A stretch of 64,000 nucleotides of DNA from Myxococcota bacterium. GTDB taxonomy: Bacteria > Myxococcota_A > UBA9160 > UBA6930. Where the stretch lies: NCBI GenBank assembly GCA_965223415.1, contig OZ245002.1:5152001-5216000 (forward strand). The letters are read 5' to 3'. Positions 8,978 through 17,595 of the stretch are shown here, piece by piece. Made by a program: the position numbers and the translations under genes. The notes beneath the pieces are model-generated. The model did no database searches. It had not been told where the DNA came from and saw only the letters and a program-made list of their open reading frames with translations. Within the stretch, counting starts at the first letter, position 1, and every line of letters starts with the position of its first letter.

Positions 8978-9887
8978 GCGCCCCCGCCTCGAGCCACCTC
9001 CGCAGGGCGCGATCGGCGACCACCACGATCGCCTGCGGGTCCCGGGCCACGTTCCGCAGCTCCGGCACGAGGAAGCCCAGGGGCTCGCCGTCCGGCCGGC
9101 GCCAGAAGATGCGCGCGACCCGGTCCCCGGCCCGCAGCCACGGTCCGCGCAGCCCGGTGCTGCGCGCCAGGGGCCGGAAGCCGTCGACCGCCTCCGTGCG
9201 CCAGCGAGCCACGGCCACGCGTCGCCGCAGGGAGCCCGACGGGAGCGCGTAGAGGGCGCGCAGCCCCGGTGCCCGCAGCCGGCCGCCCCGCCGTACGTTG
9301 CGCCCGATCCGGCGAATCGCCTCCGGCGCCGCCACCATCGGCCCCTCGCCGGCACGGGCGTGCCCCGCAAAGCCGAGGGCATGGCCCAGCTCGTGGACCA
9401 GGGCGCCGAGGCGCTCGTCCGGAGAGAGGGGACGGAAGTGGCCGCGCCAGTCCGGGCCCACGCGGCGCGCGATCTCCACGCGCGCGCGGTCGAGTACCAG
9501 GGCGCCGGGCCCGTCGCGACGGCAATCCGCGGTGGCGAGGCCCACGCCGAGGGCGCCCGCATCTCGCTCCGGCGGCTCGTCGCGGAAGCGCACCCGCAGC
9601 GGCGCGGCGTCCTCCTCGTCGGGCGCCTCCATGCGGAGCTCCAGGGCGAGGCCCACCTGGCTCCACGCCTCGAGGGCACGGGCCAGGTCGGCTCGCTCGT
9701 CGCGGGTCGGCGCGCCGTCGAGCGCCACCGCCAGGCTCGCCCCGTCGGGCCAGCGACAGGTGCGCAGGGCGACGCTGCCGTCCTCCGCCCACACCACCGG
9801 GTGCAGCCCTGCCAGCGGGTCCCGCGGCCCGACACAGCCCGCGAGTACCACCGCGAACACCACCGCCCGGCCCGCGTGCCCGGTCAT
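8967..9887 (-). CDS. Putative lipoprotein zinc metalloprotease (matrixin/M10-like)
   Basis: Lipobox VVLAGC; HELGHALGFAGH motif and downstream Met-turn (GPM). An alternative ATG lies at 9923 inside the tandem repeat. Confidence 0.75.
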   Translation of the reverse strand: MTGHAGRAVVFAVVLAGCVGPRDPLAGLHPVVWAEDGSVALRTCRWPDGASLAVALDGAPTRDERADLARALEAWSQVGLALELRMEAPDEEDAAPLRVRFRDEPPERDAGALGVGLATADCRRDGPGALVLDRARVEIARRVGPDWRGHFRPLSPDERLGALVHELGHALGFAGHARAGEGPMVAAPEAIRRIGRNVRRGGRLRAPGLRALYALPSGSLRRRVAVARWRTEAVDGFRPLARSTGLRGPWLRAGDRVARIFWRRPDGEPLGFLVPELRNVARDPQAIVVVADRALRRWLEAGAPRP

Positions 9888-9973
9888 CAACGGGCGGCCC
9901 GCCCGGCCCACGCGCCCGGTCATCAACGGGCGGCCCGCCCGGCCCGCGTGCCCGGTCAAACGGCGGCCCGCCC
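9865..9973. repeat. Three tandem 36-bp repeats spanning the MFS stop / protease start junction
   Basis: Unit GCCCGGCCCGCGTGCCCGGTCATCAACGGGCGGCCC at 9865, 9901 and (degenerate) 9937. Confidence 0.9.
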
Positions 9974-11122
9974 GTCCCAGGCGTAGAACACCGCCGTCCC
10001 CAGCAGGACCAGCCCAGCGGCGGCGAGGAACATCACCGCGAAGCCGCGCAGCTCGATCCACAGGCCGAAGAAGGGCCCGCCAAGCAGCACGCCCAGGTCG
10101 AAGAGCGCGGTGTACACGGCCATGGCCATGCCGCGGTTGGATTCCGGCGTGCGGCTGACGACGAGGCCGAACAGGATCGGGAAGGCGTAGCCGTGGCCGA
10201 TGCCGCAGAGCACGCCGCCGACGACGACGTCGCGATCGCTCGATGCCTGGCTCAGCCAGACGAAGCCCGCCGCCAGGGCCAGCAGCGCCGGCAGCAGCAC
10301 GCGCTTGGGACCGATGCGATCCGGCAGCCAGCCGAAGAACACGCGCAGGAAGAGCGCCGCCACCGTGTAGGCCGTGAAGAACGAGCCCACGCTCCCGATG
10401 CCCGTCTCGTCGACGAAGCGACGGGTGAAGACGAAGAGCGCCGTCACCGCAATCGAGAACGCGGCGCCGACCTGCCAGAGGGGAACCAGGTCCCGCTGGG
10501 CCAGGGCCGCCCGCAGCCCGGCCGGCGGCTCGTCTGCCGCGCCGTCGGCCCCCCGGCGCGCCTGCCAGCGCTCGGGGAGCGCCAGGGAGACGAGCAGCGA
10601 GAGCAGCGCCAGGCCCAGGGCCACCTGGAAGAGTGCGTCGAAGCCGCGCACCTCCAGCAGCGCATCCCCGAGCACGCCCCCCACCGACATCGGCAGCATG
10701 CCCGAGACGCCGAACCAGGCCAGGCCCTGGGTGCGGCCCCGGGCCGGCACGTGGTCCGCCGCGTAGGTGAACAGCGCCGAGAACAGCATCGCCTCGGCCA
10801 GGCCGTGGAGCACGCGCACCGCGTAGAGGAAGGGACCGATCTGGTCCACCGCCAGGTAGAGCCCGACCACCGCCGCGTGCAGCACCCCACCCAGCACGAT
10901 CAGGGGGCGCCGGCCGCGCCGGTCCATGGCCCGGCCGATGGGCGGGCGCAGGGCGATCGCCGCCACGGCCGTGATGCCGGAGATCCAACCGATCTCCACG
11001 TCTCCCGCCCCCAGATCATGGAGATAGCCCGGAAAGTGGAGAAACAGGTTGAAGGCCACGCCCTGGAGCAGGTTCGCCCAGAAGCACAGCCAGAAGGCGC
11101 GGGAGGCGAGCCCCTCCGCCAC
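9956..11122 (-). CDS. MFS transporter
   Basis: About 12 hydrophobic segments; motif A GRAMDRRGRR and GWLPDRIGPK. Confidence 0.88.
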   Translation of the reverse strand: MAEGLASRAFWLCFWANLLQGVAFNLFLHFPGYLHDLGAGDVEIGWISGITAVAAIALRPPIGRAMDRRGRRPLIVLGGVLHAAVVGLYLAVDQIGPFLYAVRVLHGLAEAMLFSALFTYAADHVPARGRTQGLAWFGVSGMLPMSVGGVLGDALLEVRGFDALFQVALGLALLSLLVSLALPERWQARRGADGAADEPPAGLRAALAQRDLVPLWQVGAAFSIAVTALFVFTRRFVDETGIGSVGSFFTAYTVAALFLRVFFGWLPDRIGPKRVLLPALLALAAGFVWLSQASSDRDVVVGGVLCGIGHGYAFPILFGLVVSRTPESNRGMAMAVYTALFDLGVLLGGPFFGLWIELRGFAVMFLAAAGLVLLGTAVFYAWDGRAAV

Positions 11123-11124
11123 CC

Positions 11125-13035
11125 CTAGAGGCCCTGGATCACGAGGTCGATAGAGGCGTCGGTGGGGAAGCCGAAGATGCGGCCGTAGAAGGACAGCTCG
11201 GACTCCAGGGCGCGGCGGATGTTCTCCGCGGCCCGGAAGCCGTGCCCCTCGCCGGGGAAGGTGACATGGGCGTGGGGGATGGCGCGGGCGGCCAGCGCTT
11301 TCACCATCGCCTCGGCCTGGTTGGGCGGAACGATCGGATCCTCCATCCCCTGCAGGAAGATCACCGGACAGGAGAGTCGATCCGCCGCGTGAATCGGGGA
11401 GCGGGCGCGATAACGCTCGCGCTCCTGCGGGTAAGGGCCGACCAGGCGGTCCAGGTAGCGCGACTCGAACTTGTGGGTGTCTCGGGCCAGCGTCTCGAGA
11501 TCGCCGATGCCGTAGTGGCTCGCGCCGGCGCCGAAGACGTCGCGAAATGTCAGGGCACACAACGTGGTGTAGCCGCCAGCACTGCCGCCGGTGATGGCGA
11601 GCCGCGCCGGGTCCGCGACGCCTTCACGGCCGGCGAAGGCCGCCGCCTCGCAGCAATCGTCCACGTCGGCGAGGCCCCAGGCGCCCCGCAAGGCGTTTCG
11701 ATAGGCGCGGCCGTAGCCCGTGCTTCCGGCGTAGTTCACGTCCAGGACCGCGAACCCGCGGCTGGTCCAATACTGGATGCCGAAACGCAGGGCCGGCCCG
11801 GTGGCCGCGGTCGGGCCGCCGTGGCTCTTCACGAGCAGCGGCGGCGCGGCGCCCTCCGGACCCCGCGTCTCCGGATGGGTCGGCCGGTAGAGGAAGGCGT
11901 GGGCCTCCCGCCCGTCCGCCGAGGGGAAGCGAAGGGCCTCGGCCACGCTCCAGAGCGCCGGGTCCGCCCCGGCCACGTCGAAGGCGCTGGCCAGCTCGTC
12001 GAGGTTCCCGTCGTCCAGGTCGAGCCGGCAGACCGTGGAGGCCCGGCTCGGGCTCCCACCCAGGAAGACCGCCTGCCGCCCCTCGACCCGGAGGCCCTCG
12101 AGCTCGTTGAAGGGCGTCGGCAGCGGCACGCGATCGCCGGTAGCGACGTCGACGCGCACCAGCTCGTCACCGGCCTCCCCGCTCCGAATGCACAGCAGCC
12201 GCTCTTCGCCCTCGAAGTCGTAGCTCGACAGGCCGAACACCCAGAGCGGGCGCCCGTACTCCGCCGCCTCAGGGCACACGGGGGTGGGCCCGCCTTGGCG
12301 GAGCTGCTCGACGTTCCACCAGCCGGAGCGGTCGCTGATCCAGGTGAGCACGCCGCCGGGCGAGTAGCGGGGCTGGAAGATGGATTCGTCCGGGCCACCC
12401 GCCACCTGGCGCGGCGCGCCCGCGGGCCCCTCCGGCCCCCAGCCGATCACGAGCAGGTCCGTGCCGTCCCAGGGCATGTTCGGGTGGTCCCAGGCCAGGC
12501 AGGCGAGCTGGTCGCCCCGGGGCGAGAAGGCCGGCATGGCGACGAAGTCCCGGTCGGCCACGAGCTGGCAGCGGGTGCCCGCCGCCAGGTCGAAGGCCAC
12601 CAGGCGGTTGCTGGGCTCGCCGCCTTCGCGGGCGCACTCCTCCACCGCCACGAGAAAGCGGCCGTCCGGCGAGCCGACCAAGTCCGCATGCCGGGCCCCG
12701 GGGCGGGTGCCGGCGACGGGCCGCTCGCCAAGGCGACGGATGCCGTCCTCGCCCAGCACCACGTAGGCGACGCTGTCGCCGACGAGGCCGTAGTCGCCGC
12801 CGCCGTACTCGTGGACCCGGCTGCGGACGTTCTCGCTCTCCGGCGTGAGCGGTGCCGGGGCGCGGCCCGGCTCGGCCACCATCAGCTGCTGGCGCCCACC
12901 CTCCTCCGGCCGGCCCTCGATCCAGAGGACGCGGCCCCGTTGGAGCCGCGGCTGGCCGAGGCGCTTCGCGGCCCGGGCGAGCCGATCGGCGGACAGCGGC
13001 GACTTCCAGGAGCCGTAGGGTGCGGTGCGGGCCAT
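11125..13035 (-). CDS. S9-family (prolyl oligopeptidase/acylaminoacyl) peptidase
   Basis: APYGSWKSP N-terminus, HGGPT, GGSAGG nucleophile elbow, QGMEDPIV, GEGHGF. Confidence 0.92.
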   Translation of the reverse strand: MARTAPYGSWKSPLSADRLARAAKRLGQPRLQRGRVLWIEGRPEEGGRQQLMVAEPGRAPAPLTPESENVRSRVHEYGGGDYGLVGDSVAYVVLGEDGIRRLGERPVAGTRPGARHADLVGSPDGRFLVAVEECAREGGEPSNRLVAFDLAAGTRCQLVADRDFVAMPAFSPRGDQLACLAWDHPNMPWDGTDLLVIGWGPEGPAGAPRQVAGGPDESIFQPRYSPGGVLTWISDRSGWWNVEQLRQGGPTPVCPEAAEYGRPLWVFGLSSYDFEGEERLLCIRSGEAGDELVRVDVATGDRVPLPTPFNELEGLRVEGRQAVFLGGSPSRASTVCRLDLDDGNLDELASAFDVAGADPALWSVAEALRFPSADGREAHAFLYRPTHPETRGPEGAAPPLLVKSHGGPTAATGPALRFGIQYWTSRGFAVLDVNYAGSTGYGRAYRNALRGAWGLADVDDCCEAAAFAGREGVADPARLAITGGSAGGYTTLCALTFRDVFGAGASHYGIGDLETLARDTHKFESRYLDRLVGPYPQERERYRARSPIHAADRLSCPVIFLQGMEDPIVPPNQAEAMVKALAARAIPHAHVTFPGEGHGFRAAENIRRALESELSFYGRIFGFPTDASIDLVIQGL

Positions 13036-13076
13036 GGCCGTCGACTACTGTACCGACCCATGACCGAGCCGGGCCC

Positions 13077-13817
13077 ATGACGGCCGCCGATGCCGTGCTC
13101 CTGATCGGCGGCGGCCTCATCGCCGGCGTGGTCAACACCATGGCCGGTGGCGGCTCGATGCTCACGGTGCCGCTGCTCGTGCTGGTCGGCCTGCCCGGCA
13201 CGCTGGCGAACGGCACCAACCGGGTCGGCGTGCTGCTCCAGAACGGCGTGGCCTCCTGGGGCTTCTGGGCCCAGGGCGTGGGGGATCTGCGCCGGGCCGT
13301 GCCGGTGATCGGCCCGGTGGCCATCGGCGCCGCGACGGGTGCCGCCTTCGCGTCCCAGCTCCCCGACGACGTTTTCGAGCGGGCCTTCGGTGTGGTGATG
13401 CTGCTGCTCCTCGTGCCCGTGCTGCGGGGCCGGAGGGCGCCGCCGGCCGAGCCGCCGCCGGAGCGACCGGGCTGGCTACAGACCCTGGTCTTCCTGGCGA
13501 TCGGCCTCTATGGCGGTGCGTTCCAGGCCGGCGTCGGGTTCCTGCTGATCGCCGCCCTCTCCTTCGGGGGCCTCGACCTGGTGCGCGCCAACAGCGTCAA
13601 GGTAATGGTCAACTTCTGCTTCACCCTGCTCGCGGTGCCCATCTTCATCGCCGCCGACCAGGTGGCCTGGCCCGAGGCGCTGACCCTAGGCGCCGGCTTC
13701 GCCGCCGGAGGCGCCCTCGGCGCCAGGCTCGCAGTGAAGGGCGGCGAGCAGCTGATCCGCGCCGTCCTCACCGTCGCCGCCACCGCCCTCGCCGGCCGCA
13801 TGCTCGGCGTGTACTAG
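13077..13817 (+). CDS. Sulfite exporter TauE/SafE family membrane protein
   Basis: AGVVNTMAGGGSMLTVP, ANGTNRV, GLYGGAFQAGVG. Confidence 0.88.
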   Translation: MTAADAVLLIGGGLIAGVVNTMAGGGSMLTVPLLVLVGLPGTLANGTNRVGVLLQNGVASWGFWAQGVGDLRRAVPVIGPVAIGAATGAAFASQLPDDVFERAFGVVMLLLLVPVLRGRRAPPAEPPPERPGWLQTLVFLAIGLYGGAFQAGVGFLLIAALSFGGLDLVRANSVKVMVNFCFTLLAVPIFIAADQVAWPEALTLGAGFAAGGALGARLAVKGGEQLIRAVLTVAATALAGRMLGVY

Positions 13818-13912
13818 TGAGACGAGGGGACGTTCCTGACTGTCTCACTCCCGAGGGAGTACACCCATCCGCTTCGAGGAGTGAGACAGTCAGGAACGTC
13901 CCCTTGTCTCAC
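13817..13912. repeat. Inverted repeat with 35-bp arms, GGGGACGTTCCT-core REP-like doublet, copy 2
   Basis: Arm 13817-13851 GTGAGACGAGGGGACGTTCCTGACTGTCTCACTCC pairs with 13878-13912 (one G-T mismatch); 26-nt spacer. Confidence 0.93.
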
Positions 13913-14546
13913 CGTCCACCACGGCCATGGCGTCGGCGGCGGTACCGCCGCCTTCGGGGGCCGGCACCTCGGTAATGCGCTCGTCGACGTCGTCGTACTC
14001 CAGGCGCAGGGCGCGGCACATGGTGGCATGCATCTCGTAGAGGCAGACGACGTAGGTGAGCTCGAGGATCTCCTCCTCCGAGAGGCCCGCGCGCAGCGCC
14101 TCGAAGACGCCGTCGGGCGTGCGGCCGCCGTCCAGGACGAGGCAGTCGGTGTAGGCGAGGACGGCGCGCTCGAGCGGCGTGTAGCAATCGGCGGTGCTCC
14201 AGTGCGGAATCGCCGCCACCTGCTCCTCGCTGAGACCGACGGCCCGCGAGGCCTTGCAGTGCTGGGAGAAGACGAAGCGGCTGCCCCGGGCGAAGCCGGC
14301 GCGGGTCTGGCCCAGCTCGCGCAGCTTCGGGTCGAGCTCGCGCTCGGGGCTGCGATAGAAGCCGAAGCCGGCGACGGCGTGGTCGAAGGCATCCGGCACC
14401 CGCGCGAAGACCGGCCACCAGTCGCCCGGCGTCCCGGTCTCGGTGCCCGGCTCGTCCACCGGGTCGCGATCCCCAAAGAGCATCTGGAAGACCGGCTCGG
14501 CGGCCGGGTGGATCTCGGTGCGGCGGGCGGGGCGGATGCGCGGCAT
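13890..14546 (-). CDS. Carboxymuconolactone decarboxylase/AhpD-like protein
   Basis: AAGGAG RBS; LDPKLRELGQTRAG..FVFSQHCKA..ERAVLAYTD pattern. Confidence 0.8.
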   Translation of the reverse strand: MPRIRPARRTEIHPAAEPVFQMLFGDRDPVDEPGTETGTPGDWWPVFARVPDAFDHAVAGFGFYRSPERELDPKLRELGQTRAGFARGSRFVFSQHCKASRAVGLSEEQVAAIPHWSTADCYTPLERAVLAYTDCLVLDGGRTPDGVFEALRAGLSEEEILELTYVVCLYEMHATMCRALRLEYDDVDERITEVPAPEGGGTAADAMAVVDGETRGRS

Positions 14547-14577
14547 GCTGGGGCTCCTTTCGGGAGCCCGCAGTCTA

Positions 14578-15387
14578 GTGCCGATCCGCCTCGAGAAGCC
14601 CGCCGACCACCCCCACGTCGCCCTGGTCACCCTGGACCGCCCGGAGAAGGCCAACAGCCTCGACCCGGGAATGCTCGCCGACCTGGCCGGCACCTGGCGC
14701 GAGCTCGCGGCGGACGACGCGGTGCGCTGCATCGTGCTGACCGGCGGCGGCGAGCGCGTCTTCTGCTCGGGCATGGACATGACGACCACCATCCCCATCT
14801 CCCAGGCCTTCGCCCGCGGCGAGCGCGTGGACGAGCGCAGCTTCGAGGGCCTGCGCAGCGTCGCAACGGCCCTGCTCGCGGGCTTCGACCTGGGCAAGCC
14901 GCTCGTCTGCGCCGTCAACGGCCACGCCCGCGCCGGCGGCTTCGACCTGATGCTGGCCTCGGAGCTCCGCTACGTGGCGCCCCACGCGACCTTCGCCCTG
15001 GAAGAAGTGGCTCTCGGCCTCTATCCCACCGGCAACGCCACCGTCGCCCTGCCCCGCCAGATCGGCTGGGTGCACGCCCACGACCTGCTGCTGACGGCAC
15101 GCCCCATCGACGCGGAGCGCGCCCTGGCGGTGGGGCTGGTGAACGCCATCGTCCCGGCCGACCGGGTACTCGAGGCCAGCTTCGAGGCCGCCGACGCCAT
15201 CGCCCGCAACGCCCCCCTCGCCGTCCGCGCCACCCGCGCCGGCGTGCGCGAGATCCTCCCCCTCCCCCTGGAAGCCGCCTACGAGCGCCAGGAAGAGCTC
15301 GGCCGCCCCCTTCGCAAGACCGAGGACGCAAGGGAGGCCCAGCAAGCCTTCGTCGAGAAGCGCCGGCCGGCCTTCCGGGGTCGTTAG
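14578..15387 (+). CDS. Enoyl-CoA hydratase/isomerase family protein
   Basis: LDRPEKANSL, FCSGMD, KPLVCAVNGHARAGG, EDAREAQQAFVEKRRPAF. Confidence 0.9.
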   Translation: MPIRLEKPADHPHVALVTLDRPEKANSLDPGMLADLAGTWRELAADDAVRCIVLTGGGERVFCSGMDMTTTIPISQAFARGERVDERSFEGLRSVATALLAGFDLGKPLVCAVNGHARAGGFDLMLASELRYVAPHATFALEEVALGLYPTGNATVALPRQIGWVHAHDLLLTARPIDAERALAVGLVNAIVPADRVLEASFEAADAIARNAPLAVRATRAGVREILPLPLEAAYERQEELGRPLRKTEDAREAQQAFVEKRRPAFRGR

Positions 15388-16784
15388 GCTCCCGAGCCCG
15401 GCTCGCCCACCGCGACGCTCTCGATCTGCTCGAGGGTGAGTCCCTTCGTCTCCGGGGCGTAGCGCATGACGAGGACGGCACCGACGATGGGCCCGAAGGC
15501 GACCACGCCGACGGACCAGGAAAGGCCGAGGGAGGCGACGAAGGTCCCGACCACCAGGGGAACGCCGATCTCGGTCACGCGCCCGAACAGGTTCGTCGTC
15601 CAGCCGTAGCCAGTGGCGCGGATCTCCGTTGGGAAGAGTTCCGAGGCGTAGACGTGGGTGGCCGTGTTCGCCGCGCCGAAGCCGAACACCGTGGCGATCA
15701 GGGTCATGTACTGCAGGGGCACGCTGCGTACCTGGAAGAGCAGGAAGATCGCGATGGCCGCGAAGACGTAGAGGCCGGCACACACGGGCTTTCGACCGAT
15801 GCGATCGATCAGGGAGCCGGCCACGAAGTGCCCGGCCACGCCGCCGCCGTAGCCCCAGAACAGGATGTCGCCTACCACGTGGGGCGAGAAGCCGAGCTCC
15901 TCCCGCACGTAGATCACCCAGAAGGCGACCGCCGGCGCGGTCACCAGGTGCACGCAGTTCCACAGCAGCATCACCAGCAGCGAGCGGCTCCGGTACTGGG
16001 GCTCGAAGGGGATCTGGGCATTCGCCCACTCCCGGCGCACGAGCTCGCGAAAGGGCTCGCGGACCTCGTCCCGGCGGACCGCCTCGAAGCGCCGCGTTTC
16101 CCGCATGGCGAAACGCAGGCCGAAGACGATCACGAGCGGGATCCCGCCGAGCAGGTAGAGCACCCGCCAGTCCTCGCCGTCCACCGCCAGGCCCAGCCCC
16201 CGCTGCACCCACGCCACCACGGCCAGGCCGGTATCGCGCACCACGTTGCTCTCGGCGCCCTCGCCTTCGAGCAGGATGTAGGGGTGGAGCTTGGCGATCA
16301 CCATCACGCCGGCCGTGGCGAAGCTGGTAAGGATCGCGATCGCCCGGCCGCGCAGCCGCGCCGGGAACTCCTCGCCGACCATGATGATCGCCAGGGCGTA
16401 CTCGGCCACCAGGAAGAGTCGGGCCCAGAACTGGAAGAAGGCCAGCTCCACCATGCTGTCGGCAAAGGCCGTCGCGGCGTTGAAGACCGCGAAGCCGACG
16501 ATCGTCGTCATCATCAGTGTCCGCCGGCCGAAGCGATCCGCGAACAGCAGGAACAGGAACGAGCCCACGGCCCCCGCCCGGGTGACGGCGAAGAGCCAGC
16601 TCCACTGGTCGAGGCCGATGCCGAGGGTCTCGCGCACGTCCGGCGCCGCCACCGTGAGCATCGCCGAGTCGAAGCCGTCGAACAGGGTGGCCGTCGAGAG
16701 CAGGAAGAAGAGAAAGACGAGATAGCCGTCGACGCCGCCGGCCTCGAGGGAGGAGCGGCCCGCCTGCGATTCGTCCGGGCGCAC
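15384..16784 (-). CDS. MFS transporter (aromatic acid/sugar porter-like)
   Basis: FDGFD, ADRFGRR, EEFPARLRG, IDRIGRK, ELFPTEIRATG, PETKG; TATCCT -10 box 6 nt before the GTG. Confidence 0.88.
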   Translation of the reverse strand: MRPDESQAGRSSLEAGGVDGYLVFLFFLLSTATLFDGFDSAMLTVAAPDVRETLGIGLDQWSWLFAVTRAGAVGSFLFLLFADRFGRRTLMMTTIVGFAVFNAATAFADSMVELAFFQFWARLFLVAEYALAIIMVGEEFPARLRGRAIAILTSFATAGVMVIAKLHPYILLEGEGAESNVVRDTGLAVVAWVQRGLGLAVDGEDWRVLYLLGGIPLVIVFGLRFAMRETRRFEAVRRDEVREPFRELVRREWANAQIPFEPQYRSRSLLVMLLWNCVHLVTAPAVAFWVIYVREELGFSPHVVGDILFWGYGGGVAGHFVAGSLIDRIGRKPVCAGLYVFAAIAIFLLFQVRSVPLQYMTLIATVFGFGAANTATHVYASELFPTEIRATGYGWTTNLFGRVTEIGVPLVVGTFVASLGLSWSVGVVAFGPIVGAVLVMRYAPETKGLTLEQIESVAVGEPGSGA

Positions 16785-16842
16785 GGCGGCAGGATAGGTG
16801 AGGGCTGTTACCCTCCGCCCCCTTTCCGACGAGGAGGTCTCG

Positions 16843-17595
16843 ATGGGACGATTCGACGACAAGGTGGCGCTCCTGACCGGAGCCGCCTCGGGCATCGGCC
16901 GCGCGACGGCGCTCCAGCTCTCCTCCGAAGGCGGGCGGATCTTTGCTGTGGACGTGAACGAAGCAGGTCTCGCGGAGACCGCCGATCGGGTCCGCAAAGG
17001 GGGCGGCGAGATCGAGGTGGCCCGCTGCGACGTGCGCGAGCGCCAGGCCTGCTTCGACACGGTGGCCGCCGCCGCGGCCCGCTTCGGCCGCCTCGACGTG
17101 CTCGGCAACATCGCCGGCGTGAACCGCTTCACCCACTTTCACGAGATGGACGCGGAGACGTGGGAGCTCCTGCGCGGCGTCAACCTGGACGGCGTGATCT
17201 ACATGACCCAGGCCGCCATCCCGCACCTGCTGGAGAGCGAGGGCAGCGTGGTCAACATCGCCTCCCAGGCCACCTTCATCGGCCAGGCCTACACCGGCGG
17301 CTACTGCGCCACCAAGGGCGCGGTTGGCCAGCTGACCAAGGCCCTGGCCATGGAGTACGCCCGAAAGAAGGTCCGCTTCAATGCGATCGCTCCCGGCGGC
17401 GTCGACACGGAGATGAACGAGACCCTCCAGCTTCCGCCGGAGGTGAACGGCAAGCTGATCCAGCGCTTTGCCTCCTTCCGGGGCGCCTGCCCGCCGGAGG
17501 AGATCGCACGGGTGTTCGCGTTCCTGGCGTCCGGCGAGTCGCCCTACACCCACGGCGCCATCTGGCCCGTCGACGGGGGAACGACCGCCGGCTGA
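16843..17595 (+). CDS. Short-chain dehydrogenase/reductase
   Basis: GAGGAGG RBS; TGAASGIG, NIAG, YCATK. Confidence 0.92.
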   Translation: MGRFDDKVALLTGAASGIGRATALQLSSEGGRIFAVDVNEAGLAETADRVRKGGGEIEVARCDVRERQACFDTVAAAAARFGRLDVLGNIAGVNRFTHFHEMDAETWELLRGVNLDGVIYMTQAAIPHLLESEGSVVNIASQATFIGQAYTGGYCATKGAVGQLTKALAMEYARKKVRFNAIAPGGVDTEMNETLQLPPEVNGKLIQRFASFRGACPPEEIARVFAFLASGESPYTHGAIWPVDGGTTAG

